From contig BCIN01000006.1 of NCBI GenBank assembly GCA_039545335.1, forward strand, positions 1,116,001 to 1,180,000: a DNA stretch of 64,000 bases, in the 5' to 3' direction. Below, piece by piece: positions 37,751 to 51,008 of this stretch. The position numbers and the translations under genes were made by a program. The DNA is from Kondoa subrosea. Lineage: Eukaryota. The stretch's first letter is position 1; every line of letters begins with the position of its first letter. The notes beneath the pieces were generated by a model, which searched no databases, was not told where the DNA came from, and was given only the letters and a program-made list of their open reading frames with translations.

Positions 37751-38434
37751 ATGTCAAATATCGGCAAGCCTGCCCATCCTAACTACTCTGGAGATCTCTC
37801 TAATCTATGCGTGCACAGGAATTCCAACAAAACTGCTACAGGAAGCAGTAGGGCATACTATTTCTATTGAATTAAAGACTGGTCAACTTTTCAGAGGGAA
37901 ATTACATGATGGTCAGTCCGAGCCTCTAACTGACATAGGGGTGCTCATATGTGCATGAATGCAACAGCTGAAGATAACTTGAACATTTCACTCAAGGATA
38001 TAACAGTCACTCAACGAGATGGAAGAGTTTCCCAGTTAGACCAGGTTCGTCTTCAAGGACTGCGAATGAGACTCAGCTCATTCATATTCTCTTGATGGAA
38101 CAGGTTTATATTAGAGGTCCTATGGTTCGCTTTTACATTGTTCCAGATATGTTATCCAATGCGCCAATGTGAGCATCCTCTGCAGCTTCAAGTGAATGCC
38201 GCTTAATGTCTGTTGGTGTTTGTCACAGGTTCAAACGAGTTGGCGCTGGTATGATGAAAGGACGTGGTATTGGTACAGCGAGAGGAAGGGCTACAATCAT
38301 GCGAGCACAAAGTGAGTTTCCATTCGCATCTCTGTACATTACAGGCACTAATGAATACATGGATAGACCGAAGAGGTACAAGCAGAGGAGCACCTCGTGG
38401 AGGACCAGCAGGCGGACCACCTATCAGGCGGTAG
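37751..38434 (+). CDS. SMD3: Small nuclear ribonucleoprotein Sm D3
   Basis: [74 protein letters not shown], RGRG tail. Confidence 0.97.
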
Positions 38435-38743
38435 ACAATCGAGTTTTGGCAAGGGATTTGTTATCGGATGTATCATGCAAAAAAGCGCTTACAGAACTGC
38501 AAACGTCGTCCTGCTGTCGAATCTATGTGCGCTTCTATTCACGCCCTACTGTCGGTCTCTCTGGGTCTCCAAGTCTTGCCAATATTTACTTGAGCCTTTC
38601 TTGACATCACTCAGCCGAGACGCTTCTGCGCAGCTTTGTCTTAGCATATACCCTCGCCTCGCTGGTGTATGCTGATACCCACAAACACTGACTATTCCAA
38701 AGCAACTTATACACTTCTCTTTCTTACTTGTTTCATCATCACA

Positions 38744-40531
38744 ATGGGTTTACTTGACAATCTCAAATCCAAGATGGATAACGCAAAGCAGCAACATTTC
38801 TCTTCCCCTCTTTCTTCTAATTCAAACGTTGGAGAGGAACAATACCCTAAACAAGCTGTGGATTCAAGTTTGGGCTTATCTGATGAAGGGTTAAACGTCA
38901 ATGGGTTCGCTTCAGACTCAGCTATTCTTTACTCATGAGCTCATTGAATGACAATGATTCAGCTTAGCCATTGGTTTCTATCCTCCTTATGGTCAATCCA
39001 ATGCAGCGTCAATAAACGCTCATCTTCCGAAACCAATGTCACTCGTTCGTCCTCTTTCCTCACTATCCTTAGTATAAAAGGTGCAGAGTTAAGAGAAGAT
39101 GAATAGATTGGGGATTTCATACAAATTTCGCCGGGGGATATGTCACTCAATCAACTCGTTTGGCATGAAGATGATTTCGGTTCGCAAAAAGGTAAACCAG
39201 TTTATGTAGCTAGTGTGATGGTTCGTTTCTCTATCCTTCTTTCCCTTTTACTTGATGCAGCTGAAAGGATGCCGTTGATAGCCCATGGGAGGATTAAAGT
39301 CATTCGGAAACAAGGAAGTGAGTTACATTTAGTCAAGGCATAGAAGATGCTCATGTAATTCGATGATTAGGCCGAGACTGTAGCTCATCAGATGAAGAGG
39401 TTGAATGAGAAAGGAATGACTGTCTGGTTGAGATTCGGTCATGAAATGAATGGTGTGCGTAACAAACTAGTCAATCAGTCTTTACTTGCTTCTTACTGGC
39501 ACAGGATTGGTACCCATATGGTCAACAAGTTTGTCCCGTTACTGGGTACAAAATTTTACTCTTGCTCATATGAAGATGAACAGCCAAAACTCTATATTGA
39601 AGCTTGGAAGAAACTTGCTTTAGCTGTGCGAAGACAATGTACAAATCTTCCAGCAAGAACGTATATGTGTGAGCATGAGTTCTGCTTATTGGCGCGTGGT
39701 GGTCGCTAAAGCAATTCTCTGTCTTACAGTTTGGGCACCAAATGGCAAGTCTTGAAATTCTTCTGCTGCAATTCAGCTAAAGAAGTTCCGAGACACTTGC
39801 AGTCAATGATAGTCCTGACGGTATTAAAGGCTATCGACCATACTTTCCAGTAAGTGAAGCGCATCCTCATACTTAATTATCCAAGCTGAAGTGCTCACAG
39901 GGACCAGAATGGGTAGACAGTACGCATCTATCCCTATAATGAAGAACCTACTAAATAACTGATGTCCAGTTGCTGGTCTCTCGCTCTACGTTTATGGAGT
40001 AGCCAATGTCATATCCGGTTCGAATTACTTCAAGGATGCCTTTGATGAATTCTACTCAGTGAGTGTTTCAAGATGCAGTCATTCTGTTGCTGATGGCATC
40101 ATCTGTCTCGACTCGCAGATCTATGGCCAGAAATTCAACCTTCCTTGTGCTTTAGCCGAAACTGGGGATCCTTTCCGTATGCAACAAGGAAATCACAATC
40201 CTCTAGCAGGAGGAGCAAATGAGATAGATATGAAGGTACGATGAACTTCTTCTTTCAGCTACGGCTGTTGAAGTGAAGTTTCACTTATACAGCTCTCGTG
40301 GCTCAATCAAGTAGCAAGTACGGCTCGATCTTACCCTAATTTGAAAGCTTTGCTGTGGTTTGAATATGAGAAAGATGAAGATGGGCAATACAGGGATTTT
40401 AGGTTCGGTTTCAATCTTTCCGATACCTGTATTGGCATGACTGCTGAATGCTCGATGATAGATTGATACTTGGGAATCAACAGTGTAGACAAGCTGCTGT
40501 AGAGTTCTTCAGGCAACATACAAGACAATGA
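38744..40531 (+). CDS. Glycoside hydrolase family 26-like protein, many exons, no signal peptide
   Basis: VWLRFGHEMNGDWYPYGQQP, MFWAPN, YFPGPEWVD..GLSLY, LAETG, YPNLKALLWFEYEK. Confidence 0.85.
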
Positions 40532-40600
40532 AGGTTTTAATATGGTAGATTCCAGATGCCTAATCATCTTTTTACTGACTCAGCGTGTCATAGGAAAATG

Positions 40601-40602
<2 letters not shown>

Positions 40603-40630
<28 letters not shown>
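40603..40630. repeat. (AT)14 microsatellite
   Basis: Perfect atatat... run read directly. Confidence 0.95.
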
Positions 40631-40634
<4 letters not shown>

Positions 40635-40817
40635 CCAGGCATTTATATCACTTCAATGAACGGTGCATTGACATTGGTCTTCGAATCTTTCTTCTGGCCT
40701 GTTGATTCCCTTTCGCGTAAAAGGTGTGCTCACTTTTCCTATTATACATGAGTACTTCTTGTCATCGCCAAGTTGCTCCGTACCGCTTCAAGCTTGAACT
40801 CGGACCGATTTCAATCG

Positions 40818-42140
40818 ATGACTTCGATCAAATCTCTTGGAGTGCTTTTCGTTGGAACCGGATCTCCTGCAACTACATCTGATGTAGAATGCACTTTCAT
40901 CTCAGCAAAGCATGTCCTTGCTGTACTGACGCTATAAGGAGAACGTAATATTCGTCTTCATACTTCGGTAGCTATCATACTTAGGTAGCTATCAAAGTCA
41001 ATCTGTCCTTTGGTCAAAGTAAACATATTCTCATCGATTGCGGTCCTTCCATTACTTCCAAAGTCGCCATCATCTTTGCGAAACACCGAATCATCGATGC
41101 TATTCTCCTTACTCATGGTCATGCTGACGCGATTGGCGGTCTTCCGGTCATGTCTCAGCTCGCACCATTAGCTCGAGCATCTGGGAAGGGTTGTATTCCG
41201 GTATATGCCTCTTCTACAACAGCAAAGACGGTCAGAGAGCGGTTCGGGTATATCTTTGGCTCTGATGGCAGTAGTAAGTTTATTTAGACTCTCTTTGATA
41301 GTACGATAAATGGAAGTAGGCGCAACGGCACCTTCGGTACAGCTGATCGAGATGGAAGCCTCCAAATGTGAACACATTTGTGGCATTTCTGTTACTGCTA
41401 TCCCAGGTAGGCTTTCTTCAGCTGCTGCCCGTGACGGACTGTTTATGCTTATAACAAAGTCCGTCATGGCATGAAAAACTCTACAGACCCTTATATTTCG
41501 TTTGGTTATGCAATCGGTAAAGAACTGCTCTGCATTTTCGACTGCAACAGAATTCCCACAGCAAGCTGGAATCTCATCGATAGCAGTCTTACCACTCCTC
41601 CCGCAATGTTCATCATTGAATGCCTTCGACTACAATGTGGACAAGCACACTATTCTTTCCCTCAAGCTATTGCAGCGGCATAGCGTTGTGGAGCAACACG
41701 TACTTATTTCGTTCAGATCTGTCATGGTCTATCAGATCATCAATGGGATCTATGCTGTCAAGCTGTTGAAAAGGGTCAATTACCTCAAAACCCTAGATTG
41801 GAAGAAGGACAAGAAGCGGCAAGTAAAGTTTTCGAAGAGGATGCTTGGGAACATTACCAGTCTAAACCTTATTGGCATTCTCAATCAACTTGGACTAATT
41901 TACCTTTGCTATTGGGTTTGGATGAGAAAGATGATAATGCTGTTGTTGAGTTGGCATTGCAAGAAGTTCAGGAGGTGAGTGGATACCTTGCTCCTCTTCT
42001 GGTCCATAAGCTGACCAGGGACTCAGTGGCTTGGACATGTGCCATCGATCTGGACGAGACCTGCGTTCGATGGACTCCTGTGCTACGTCGATTGCGAGAA
42101 GATGGTGAAGGATAATGTTTCCGTCGAAGAGGAGAAGTAG
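40818..42140 (+). CDS. Metallo-beta-lactamase-fold hydrolase, PhnP-like
   Basis: VLFVGTGS, NILIDCGP, AILLTHGHADAIGGL, V.HG, FSDCNRIP, HYSFPQA, RPAFDGL. Confidence 0.85.
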
Positions 42141-42370
42141 AAGCTGAAAATCAAGGCGCCTGGTCATTGAAATGACGCGCTCAAAAGCTAAGGGAGAAGA
42201 AAGCATGACAAGCTGATGCAAATAAAGGGGGTAAAGATGCTTGCTGCCAGCACTGCAATAGATGAATGAGAGATATTGCAGCTAGGCATATCAACATGTG
42301 GCACCTTCTGCTATCCCTCGGTTTAATCTTCAATTTCGAACTTGAGTTTGACCCTGTTCGACGATACCCC

Positions 42371-43295
42371 ATGTCAAAAATACCCCTGCTCGAGCCCTGT
42401 CAGCTCGAGACACCTCTACCAGCAGCATATCTGCTACCAGACTTTGTTACAGAACAAGAGTCCGCGTATATCTTGACCAAAATCGAAGAGCTCGGAGGTG
42501 AAGAGGTCGAAGGATCAACCGAGAATGTGCGAGTCTTCAAGAGCAAAGGTACAGCGCAAGGCTGGAGGACTGTGTCTGGCAGAAGAGTGATGCAAATGGG
42601 TGGAACAATTCTTGAGAAATCATCGACTTTGATACCGCTGGCTTTACCACCTTTCATGAGCTCCGCTTTCCCTCATGTCATGCAGAGAGTCAAGAAGCAG
42701 ACTGGAGCTTTCGAATCAAGCAGAGGGCGAGCACCTAATCATGTACATCTGCTCCGTTTCGCGTATCCTTGAGTGAGTTCTCAATCAGCTGTTGCGAATA
42801 GGTTCTGGTAAACGAATATTTACCTGGTCAAGGTATCATGGTAAGTCGCTTACACTGCTGCATCTTCTTCAGCAGAGCTCATCGATGTTAGCCTCATGAA
42901 GATGGGAAATCCTACTCGCCTGTAGTCACAACCTTGTCGCTAGGCTCACATACTATTCTGGACATCTTTCAATACACTGAGGCGGAAAATGAGCAAGAGA
43001 CTGCGAGAGCTATCGATCCGAAACCTATTTGCTCGATCTATATCCCGGCTAGATCGCTTTTCATTCTGACGGAGGATCTCTATACCAAGTGCTTGTGAGT
43101 GCTTTGTACAGTACAGTATTTTGCTATGTCTTGAAGTCGCTTGTGCATAGACATGGCATTGCAGAACGCAAGGTAGATTCATCGGACGATCTCAAAGCTT
43201 GTGTCAACGCACCGAAAACTCTGGGTTCGCTCGAAAGAAGTAGAAGAGTCTCATTGACAATGCGTTGCGTGGAGAAAGTCAAGAAGCTATTCTAG
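42371..43295 (+). CDS. AlkB-family 2OG-Fe(II) dioxygenase, ALKBH6-like
   Basis: [72 protein letters not shown]. Confidence 0.9.
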
Positions 43296-43327
43296 AAGCG
43301 TTATTCTTGCTCTACATCTTGCCTATT

Positions 43328-44361
43328 CTATAAACCGTATACCTTTTCCAAGAACGCTCCGACTCCACCTTCATCATTCGACAATGTAGAGAATCTGGCT
43401 GCTGCAGCTGTAGGCGGCATCGCATTCGCCATAGCTACTCCAAAACCGCAAAGGGCAAGCATCTGTGTATCGTTTGCTCCGTCTCCGAAGGCCAAACATC
43501 TTTCTGGAGTCGTTCCGAGTATCTTGCATATTTCTTTAACGGCTACTGCTTTGTCCATACCCAAAGGAAGGACTTCAAGGATTTCGGGAATAGCACGAGT
43601 AATGGAAAAGATGGCTTCTCCTTTCAGCGCAGCTGTTTGTAAGGCTTCATAGATCTCTGCGTAAACACCTCGTTGAGCTTGGTTCCGTTCGATAGATTGA
43701 AAGGTGCCAACCTGTGATCGTATCTGGTTCTGCTCCAACTGTCAACTTGATTACTCTGCTTTCACCGCTTTCTACTCTAGCCAAGACTTCTTCTCTCTCT
43801 TTACCTTTCGACCTATCCGACACATTCGCGTCGTATTTACTGGCCAATTCAACCCAATCTACTTCTTTACCCTTTGCTACTTGATCATTCACCAACAAAG
43901 CTTCATTGCCAATAAACAAGAAACAAGCTTGAGATCGTAATTGACCATTGATGAGGTTCAAAACATCTTGAGCAGGAATAGAGGTTTCAGACAAGATTTG
44001 ATTGTTTTGATGAATGATTCCACCATTGCAATGAGCTGCTGGGAAAGACAGGGGAAGTTGAAGTTGAGATCGAAGGTGACGACAGGATTCCCATTGTTTG
44101 CCAGAGCATATAATGAACGGGAGTGAGGGATATCTCTCGCGAATGGATAATAGAGCTTTAAGAGTTCTCGGATGGATTGTATGATCAGACTGTAGGCTGT
44201 GCAGTGCGTGAGCTGTAGTATCAAGCTCTCAAACAATAGAAGTCACAGAGTGCCGTCTATATCGCAAAACTGCACCATCTTGATCAGCTAACAATCAATG
44301 CGCTCACGCGTCTAGCACTTACTATAGCATCTATGTCGCTAGCGGCCGGTAAACTGGACAT
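43328..44361 (-). CDS. Cof-like HAD-superfamily hydrolase (subfamily IIB)
   Basis: FCDIDGTL, IIQNNGCL-type cap region, LEVLPLGMDKAVAV, AFGDGANDTQML..GVAMANA..SNDEGGV. Confidence 0.9.
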
Positions 44362-44500
44362 GCCGACACGAAGTCCTTGCCTTTCAAGTTTGAGATAGAG
44401 CGCGTTCGTTCGGAAAAAGCAAAAGACTGCAAAATCATGATTTACTGTAATGATCTACCGTAGTATATATGGTATGCGTTCAATTACCAGATTCTGAGTA

Positions 44501-45682
44501 TTAGAAAGTGGATTCCCACACCGGCCGAGCACCTCGCTGCCTCTCTTCTGCATCTGCGTACGCTGTTCTGCGTCTGACGAATTGTACCCACCAGTACACG
44601 GTGTCGAGTATGATAGGTAACTGTTAGATGTCAGTCAAATTGCGTTATTGTTGTCACAGGAGATGTATACCTGAGCCAAAGCAGCCAGAAGGAAAGGATG
44701 CCTGTCGCCAGCCGCAGGTAGCCGATAATTCCACCCTTCTACTCTTGTCGGTGTCAGACTATCTTCGTACTGAACTTGATGTTCGGTCATGCTACGGACA
44801 GCTGATAAAAGCTTCCAGAGCAGTTCTTCATGGTCTTTCATCTCGGAAGGATCTCAATCAACTGCAAGCTAGAGCTAGCGCGACAACTCATTGAACCAAG
44901 AATCGCGAGATCCTCCTCTGTAGCGCGTCCCGGAAGCAAAAGCCTGTCAAGGCAGTTGAATACGATTTTCCCATTCTGAAACACCTGTTTGGACAATTGT
45001 TAAACTAAGATCAGGCAGCAGTGCTTCTACTGACCGAAGTCTTGATCCCTGCTTGATTTGTGGTCCAGATATGATCCGGTATAAGAGTAAGAGCTTTCGC
45101 CAAGTGAAAAGGATAGAATTCTTTGACATGGCCATTGTAGAGGAACATGAAGCGATTGTAATGCTGACTCATCGTATGCCATTGTTGAGGACCAATTTCC
45201 TTCCAATACTTGCGTCGATTCTCTTCCGACAAAGAAGAAACTGGGTCATGCATGAACGGCGTTACCGCCAGAATAGCCGCTACTAGAGGCTTTATGGGAT
45301 AATGGTCGAAGTCTGGATGGGCTGGAAGATGAGCTGCGAGGTGAACGACACCTATTGCTCGAGTACGTTGGTCAGATAATCCTTCACCATGGGTAACAAG
45401 TTCTCGGGCAAGTCGACCAGACTTAGAAGATTGTTTCGTAGTATTTTGCAACTTCTCCTGATATAAGTCGTGCATTTGCTTGTAGCACCTTTGCTTCAGC
45501 GGTGGAACTCCATCTTCCGGATGCATGCAGCTATGAAGCTCGTTCAGATGCGTTGATAACTTATGTTCGCGAGCAGTAGGTAGGAGAAGTGGGTTGACGG
45601 CTAGAAATGCCTTTGCAGAAGGATGAGAAGGATCGTATACAAAGGCGGTGGGAGTAGGAGGTGCGCGAAATGCTTGTGACAT
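44501..45682 (-). CDS. Hypothetical protein, multi-exon, no recognised domain
   Basis: Long open exon MSQAFRAPP..; further exon-like segments to ..ARPVWESTF* at 44501; exon joins uncertain. Confidence 0.55.
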
Positions 45683-45984
45683 CTTGAAGATAACAGAGAG
45701 GGAGAAGAAGAACAGAGACAGAAACTGCTCACTCTTACTAACGAAAGGAAACAAGGTTTATGTTCTGATTCAATCGAATCACTTTCTTCACGGGATAGAA
45801 GACGGAGTGAAGACGGGCAGTAAAAGCATAATGTAGCAATTCATCTAAATCGGCAGAAACGGAGCGCCTGCTTTCGCCATTTACAGTCATGGTAGAGATC
45901 AGAATCCTAAAAAAATAAGAGGAGTGGAAATGAGCAATTTTCCCCAGAGGCAACGAAATCATGGCAAAGGGCAAGAAAAAAAAT

Positions 45985-46057
45985 TGATCTCTGCCATGAT
46001 TGAAATGGCGACCTTTTGCGTGTGAAGCAAACGTGATAACCACTACACCAAGAAACC
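45985..46057 (-). tRNA. tRNA-Val(CAC), intronless
   Basis: GGTTTCT TG GTGTAGTGGTTATCAC G TTTGC TTCACAC GCAAA AGGTC GCCAT TTCAATC ATGGC AGAGATC A; 73 nt cloverleaf followed by a T-run Pol III terminator. Confidence 0.9.
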
Positions 46058-46251
46058 AACAGGTACACCTGAAACCGTTTGACGGGTTCGAGATTCAGTC
46101 TTGTCATTACGCACCCAATATAAAAAAATTTGTAGGACAGCTATCGGCCGAAACGGGGGCCAGGCGATGCCTAAGTGCTCCGTAAGAGCTGGCAAGACGC
46201 TTGAGAATCACGCGTTCATTGTCGGCACCTCGTTTGATCGTTCCCTGCGAT

Positions 46252-46351
46252 TCTGTTCTCCAGGTTGTCAAAACGAACTTTCAGTTAATTGTACTTCAAC
46301 GCCTGGTCTCTCTCTGCTTCTTTTCCTCGCATCATCGTATCAAGGCGCATA
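46252..46351 (+). repeat. Left arm of inverted repeat / decayed 5' stub of a GH55 gene
   Basis: 46299-46334 is the exact 36-bp reverse complement of 50045-50080; outer flank similar; followed by caaggcgcata from GH55 exon 1 but without the ATG. Confidence 0.88.
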
Positions 46352-46444
46352 TGATCAATGCTATATGTTGAGACGTGATTCGTAAAGATACAAACAAACG
46401 ACTGATGCACGACTTGCTATTTTACAATTTATGTCCGTTCACAA

Positions 46445-49400
46445 TCAATGTCCGATCAAAAGGAGCCCTGAGCCAACAACAGCCAATCCGACCGAAACGA
46501 CTTTCGCAGGCAACGCAGACGATTTCATCTCTAGTTCACCATTTTGACTGGTATCTTCACCTCCTGCTTGACCAGCTTGATTGTTTGAAGAGCCCATAGC
46601 TAGATTCTTCTTGCCAGAAGGTAACGGTGGCTCAGCCGTGCCAGTACCAGCTTCTGCATCTTTACTTGCTGTCCATCCAGCGATACCTTGGGCCACTCCA
46701 CCACCAAGTAGATTATCTTTCGATAAAGCTACATTGGTACCGTCTACTTGAACTTGAGAGACAGTGCCGAGACTACATGAGCAAGACATAAGCTCTCTCA
46801 ATGAACGCTTGAAGATGTTTTGCCCACGTTTCCAAGTTCCATAACGCCACGGAACTACCGACGCCTTCGAAAGAGGCTATGGCTTGTTGGCAATTGTTTT
46901 CAGGAAGACATAGCTCCTCATACGCATCAAAAAACGCTGCATTACTCAATCAGCATGCAGTGCAACAAATTAGTGGAAAGAGAAGAAGCGTACAATATAG
47001 ACCTGCTCCAGAGCACACCACATTGTCCGAATTGACAACACGCAAACCCCAAGGCTTCAGACAAGTAAGATCATCTGCTTTGCAGTTGCTGTATGCAGGA
47101 TCGTTGAAAGTTGCTACAGGTGGTTCCAATGCAATTGCTGAGATGGAAGGTTTGCCTAAGGTTCCTTTGCCGAGAAAGTAGGCTGCGCGCATGATATTAT
47201 GAGTTTAATAAAGCACAAGAAAGCAATCCTTACGCGTCTCTGTTTGGATCAAGGACATATAGACATTTTGTGCTTCGTTGAGTTGGTATTGATAGCTAGA
47301 ATGACTATCAGCCGCTGAAGAAGGGTGGAAAAGCTTGCACGAACAGCAAGTGGTGTTCTGACCCGGTGCCGTAAAGCCACGTTGGACCATTCTTTGCTTC
47401 AACTAAGACACCTCGACCCGAGAAGGCATTGATTTGCTTATTGATAGGTGACTCGATCTCGTGGTCAGCAAGCCAGATCCAGCTCTGCCACACAACTGTA
47501 AGCATTGTAGTATGCGAAACTAGAGTCTAACGCACATTCTCGATGTACGCAGAAGCAGATTCCGTGATATGCAGCCCTAAGAAAGACGTTCTACAATCGT
47601 CGGAATAGGTGGAATTTGAGTCGCAATTCTTCACCATGACATCTTGTTCATTCTGTCAGCTACTAGATATCAGACTAAGAGCAGAACTCACCGCTTCCGG
47701 CATATCCACCTAACATCAAATGAGAGGACCACATGCCAGCTGAACCTTGTTGTGACTGCGCGATGTTCCACTCCATGACAATAGCTCCTGAGCGATGTAT
47801 CAGCACTATTCTCATGCAATTCCAGCTGGATCTACCTTGCGCTGGTCCCTTGGTGCTGAAGCTACTCGGATACCTCAACAATTGCATATTGCATGAGCAG
47901 AAGTGCTCACATCATGTTGCTGATCTCCATCACTCCTTTATCCCCTGGCTGACCGACTTGAACAACTGCTTTAGGATTATTCCGATCGTTGAATCCGGTT
48001 CCAGTGCCTTGAATGATGGGTGTGATTTCTCCAACCATTCTTGTACCAGCAGGAATCTTCAGAGTGTCAGATACAGGATAGTGGCCAGCGGGTACATATA
48101 TAATTTTTGTAGCAGAGTATTTGTCAAAACATGCTTGCAAGGCAGCATGATCGTCTCCTGTACCGTCTCCTTTTGCATTGCAATCGCTCTTGGCATTGAC
48201 GAAATCGGAGACCTGAGAAGTCTCGTATTGAGGTTGGTTGCGGCCAAAGTAACGGCCAGAAGAATCAATGAGAGGAGCAGCCCGTTTGATAGGAGAAGCC
48301 GCGCCAGAAGACGCGGTAGCTTTGGTGTTACTTCCTTGATAGATGTTACCTTGGACCCAGCTGGCGATAGTTGAAGAACTAGCTGATCCATCCAGAATTG
48401 ATTTACTTGCTGCAGTGACCACAGAGCCGACTTTGTTGATTTGCATATTCTCGCTAATGACATGCAAACATCAGTGGACGTCGTATATATTGAGCAAATT
48501 CCTTGCATTACTAGATTAGCGGAATCCGCGACACTCATCGACACGGCGACAGGTGTATTTGTTACGACCCAATCCACCAAGACCTGAGAATTCGAAGCCT
48601 GCTCTGTTTTCCCGCTAGTGCCAGTGGTCATGCTCAGACCAACTTGACAATCAGTAATCTGAATGTCGTTCCAGCTCCAACCCCAGTTCCAGCTAAATGA
48701 GACTATCAGCAGCTGTTCACTGTGTAGAAGGAGATATACATCTGGTTGATTGCTGTTTGGCAATTGTTGAACCGAAGATTTCGCACGGTAAATTCTGCTC
48801 ATCAACTGCATGAGCCATAGTTGGTCCAGACAGAAAGATAGACACACGCTGATTACCGACCTAGGGCAAGCTTCAAAGCAGTGCAAACAAAGATGGAGTG
48901 GTGCTCACTGTAGCACAATTTCCTCCGCCAGTGAAAGTGAGATTGGAGAGCATTCCGCCCTGCTCTGACATCAGTATGGACAACCAGTTCTGCAACATTT
49001 GGGCTGACTGATCCATCTGGAGCAATGAATGAATACAGCATACGCAATTATGCAGTAAGAAGACGCACTGTCCATGAAAATCCCCTGCTGCATCGAATCC
49101 TTGCCTTCGGTCATAACGAAATCACTACGAGAATCAAATGAGTACAATTATTGCAAGCGTTCTTTATGATCTTTGACCGACATGTTGGTCAGACTTGTGG
49201 CTTGCGAAACTTGCCAGTGTATACCTGCGCCGGCGTTGATGGGAAGTTTCGTGACATCGACTATGAAATTGCGGACTTCTCGCAGAAAGTTGTTCTGATT
49301 GAGATACCAACTGAAGCTCGATTGGTGAGCTTGCCTTTGGAGACATTTAAGATAATCGACACGTACTTTTCACCCTCAGGAGTATATGGATCAGCATCAA

Positions 49401-50042
49401 TCAAAGCCATGCCCTCTGCATTGAAAGGTGAGTAAATAGGTATATTGGCAGTCCTACTAGCGTACTAAAGTTGGCAGAACCTTGGATGACAGGCTTGTCA
49501 TTGTAGTCACCGACCATTTGAGTATAATAGTACAAGATGATAGGCGTCGAGACCACGTAGGTTCCTGTGTGAGACATCTAGTACTCAGTTACTCGAAGAT
49601 GTATAGACATACCAGAAGGAAAGTAAACGAGTGCTGGCTGTGTTGTACTTCCGTTGCAGCCAAGACCGCACTAGCTAAATCATGGGTCAATGATACTACT
49701 TTTGGACCTGAGCTCACGCGCTCAAATTCGCTGCTCATGGCCTTCTCAATAGCAGCACTGTCGTCAGTCTTTCCATCCCCGACGGCGCCGTAATCTTTGA
49801 CATTGCGAAAGACCTGAGAAAGAAGAAGATAAGCTCTTTACAAAATCGGACTCCCCGTTGATTTGACCTTGTAGCCCTTCGGATCCTGAACATTGTAGGG
49901 AGCCTGCGACAACTTTAGATTGTGCTAGAGCCCTTGAATTATTACCTACTAGTCCATTATGTTCAATAGTCTCGAGCCAGTATGCGCCTTGAACAGACGA
50001 AAAGAAATCGAGGACAGCGCATAACCAGCTTAATATCAACAT
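46445..50042 (-). CDS. GH55 exo-beta-1,3-glucanase (copy A), signal peptide plus C-terminal GPI/TM-like tail
   Basis: QGAYWLETIEHNG, VFRNVKDYGAVGDGKTDDSAAI, HWQVSQAT, WNWGWSW, AKGDGTGDDHAALQ, MEWNIAQ, WIWLADH, LYGTGSEH. Confidence 0.95.
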
Positions 50043-51008
50043 GCTGATGCGAGGAAAAGAAGCAGAGAGAGACCAGGCGTAAAAGTATAGTTAATTAGAA
50101 TCGTCTTGACAACCTCAGAGCAGATGACCAAATGAAACAACAAAGGGATACATAATGATAAGAGGTTCAAGGGTGAGGAGCAGCTCCTGGTTGCGCTCTG
50201 GACTGGATGATCATCGTGGCAAGGAAGCAACCAGCCTGAGAGGTTTTTGACGCAATTTCCTCTTATTATGAACCGCTCACGTTGAACCTATATACCGAAG
50301 CTTTTCGTCTACCCTGGCAGATCCCATCGCCCTCGCCCTATATGCTATAATTGGGCTTGCTCTGCCCGCGCGGACTCCATATGATTCTAGCTTACGTAAT
50401 AAAGCAGTGATTGCCTTTGGCTTTGAATGTGCCGTTCTGCACCTTATCTTGCCTTTGCTACCGTTTCTCCATCTTATTGCTGCGATTTGTCCATTCATTA
50501 GTTTTCATTCTCAGCGTGAAGTATCTTCTGTCTCCATGTTGGTCGTTGGGTTTCGTTGGCAAGATGCCGCGGATCCTCCTACCGTTCTGCAGCTTCAGTT
50601 GCTGGCGAAAGCTGAATCTGTAACTTGAGAGTCTATCCGTGCATTTCCACCTTTCCACTATTGCAGAATGATGTGTCAGTCATGCTGATTGCTCGCAGCC
50701 AGTAAATCAGGGGTACACAAGACTATCGAGAGCCCGCCAAATTCATCTGGTTATGTCTTAAGGATTGCTGTCTCGCTGGAACAATCAAACGAGATCCTCA
50801 AACGATGCACAATGAACGAGATTCCCGATTGACTTTGCTTTGCTAGGTCTCAAGGCATCGAGACATCTAGGGTTTACTTGCAGCAGATTGAAAGAAGAGT
50901 GAGGATCAACAATAAAGCGAGCAGAAGACAAGCAGAACAAGAGCGAATAGAAATCAGTCGACAAGGGAGATACGCAGAATCCTAGGAATTCCATGTTTCG
51001 CACTCCAT

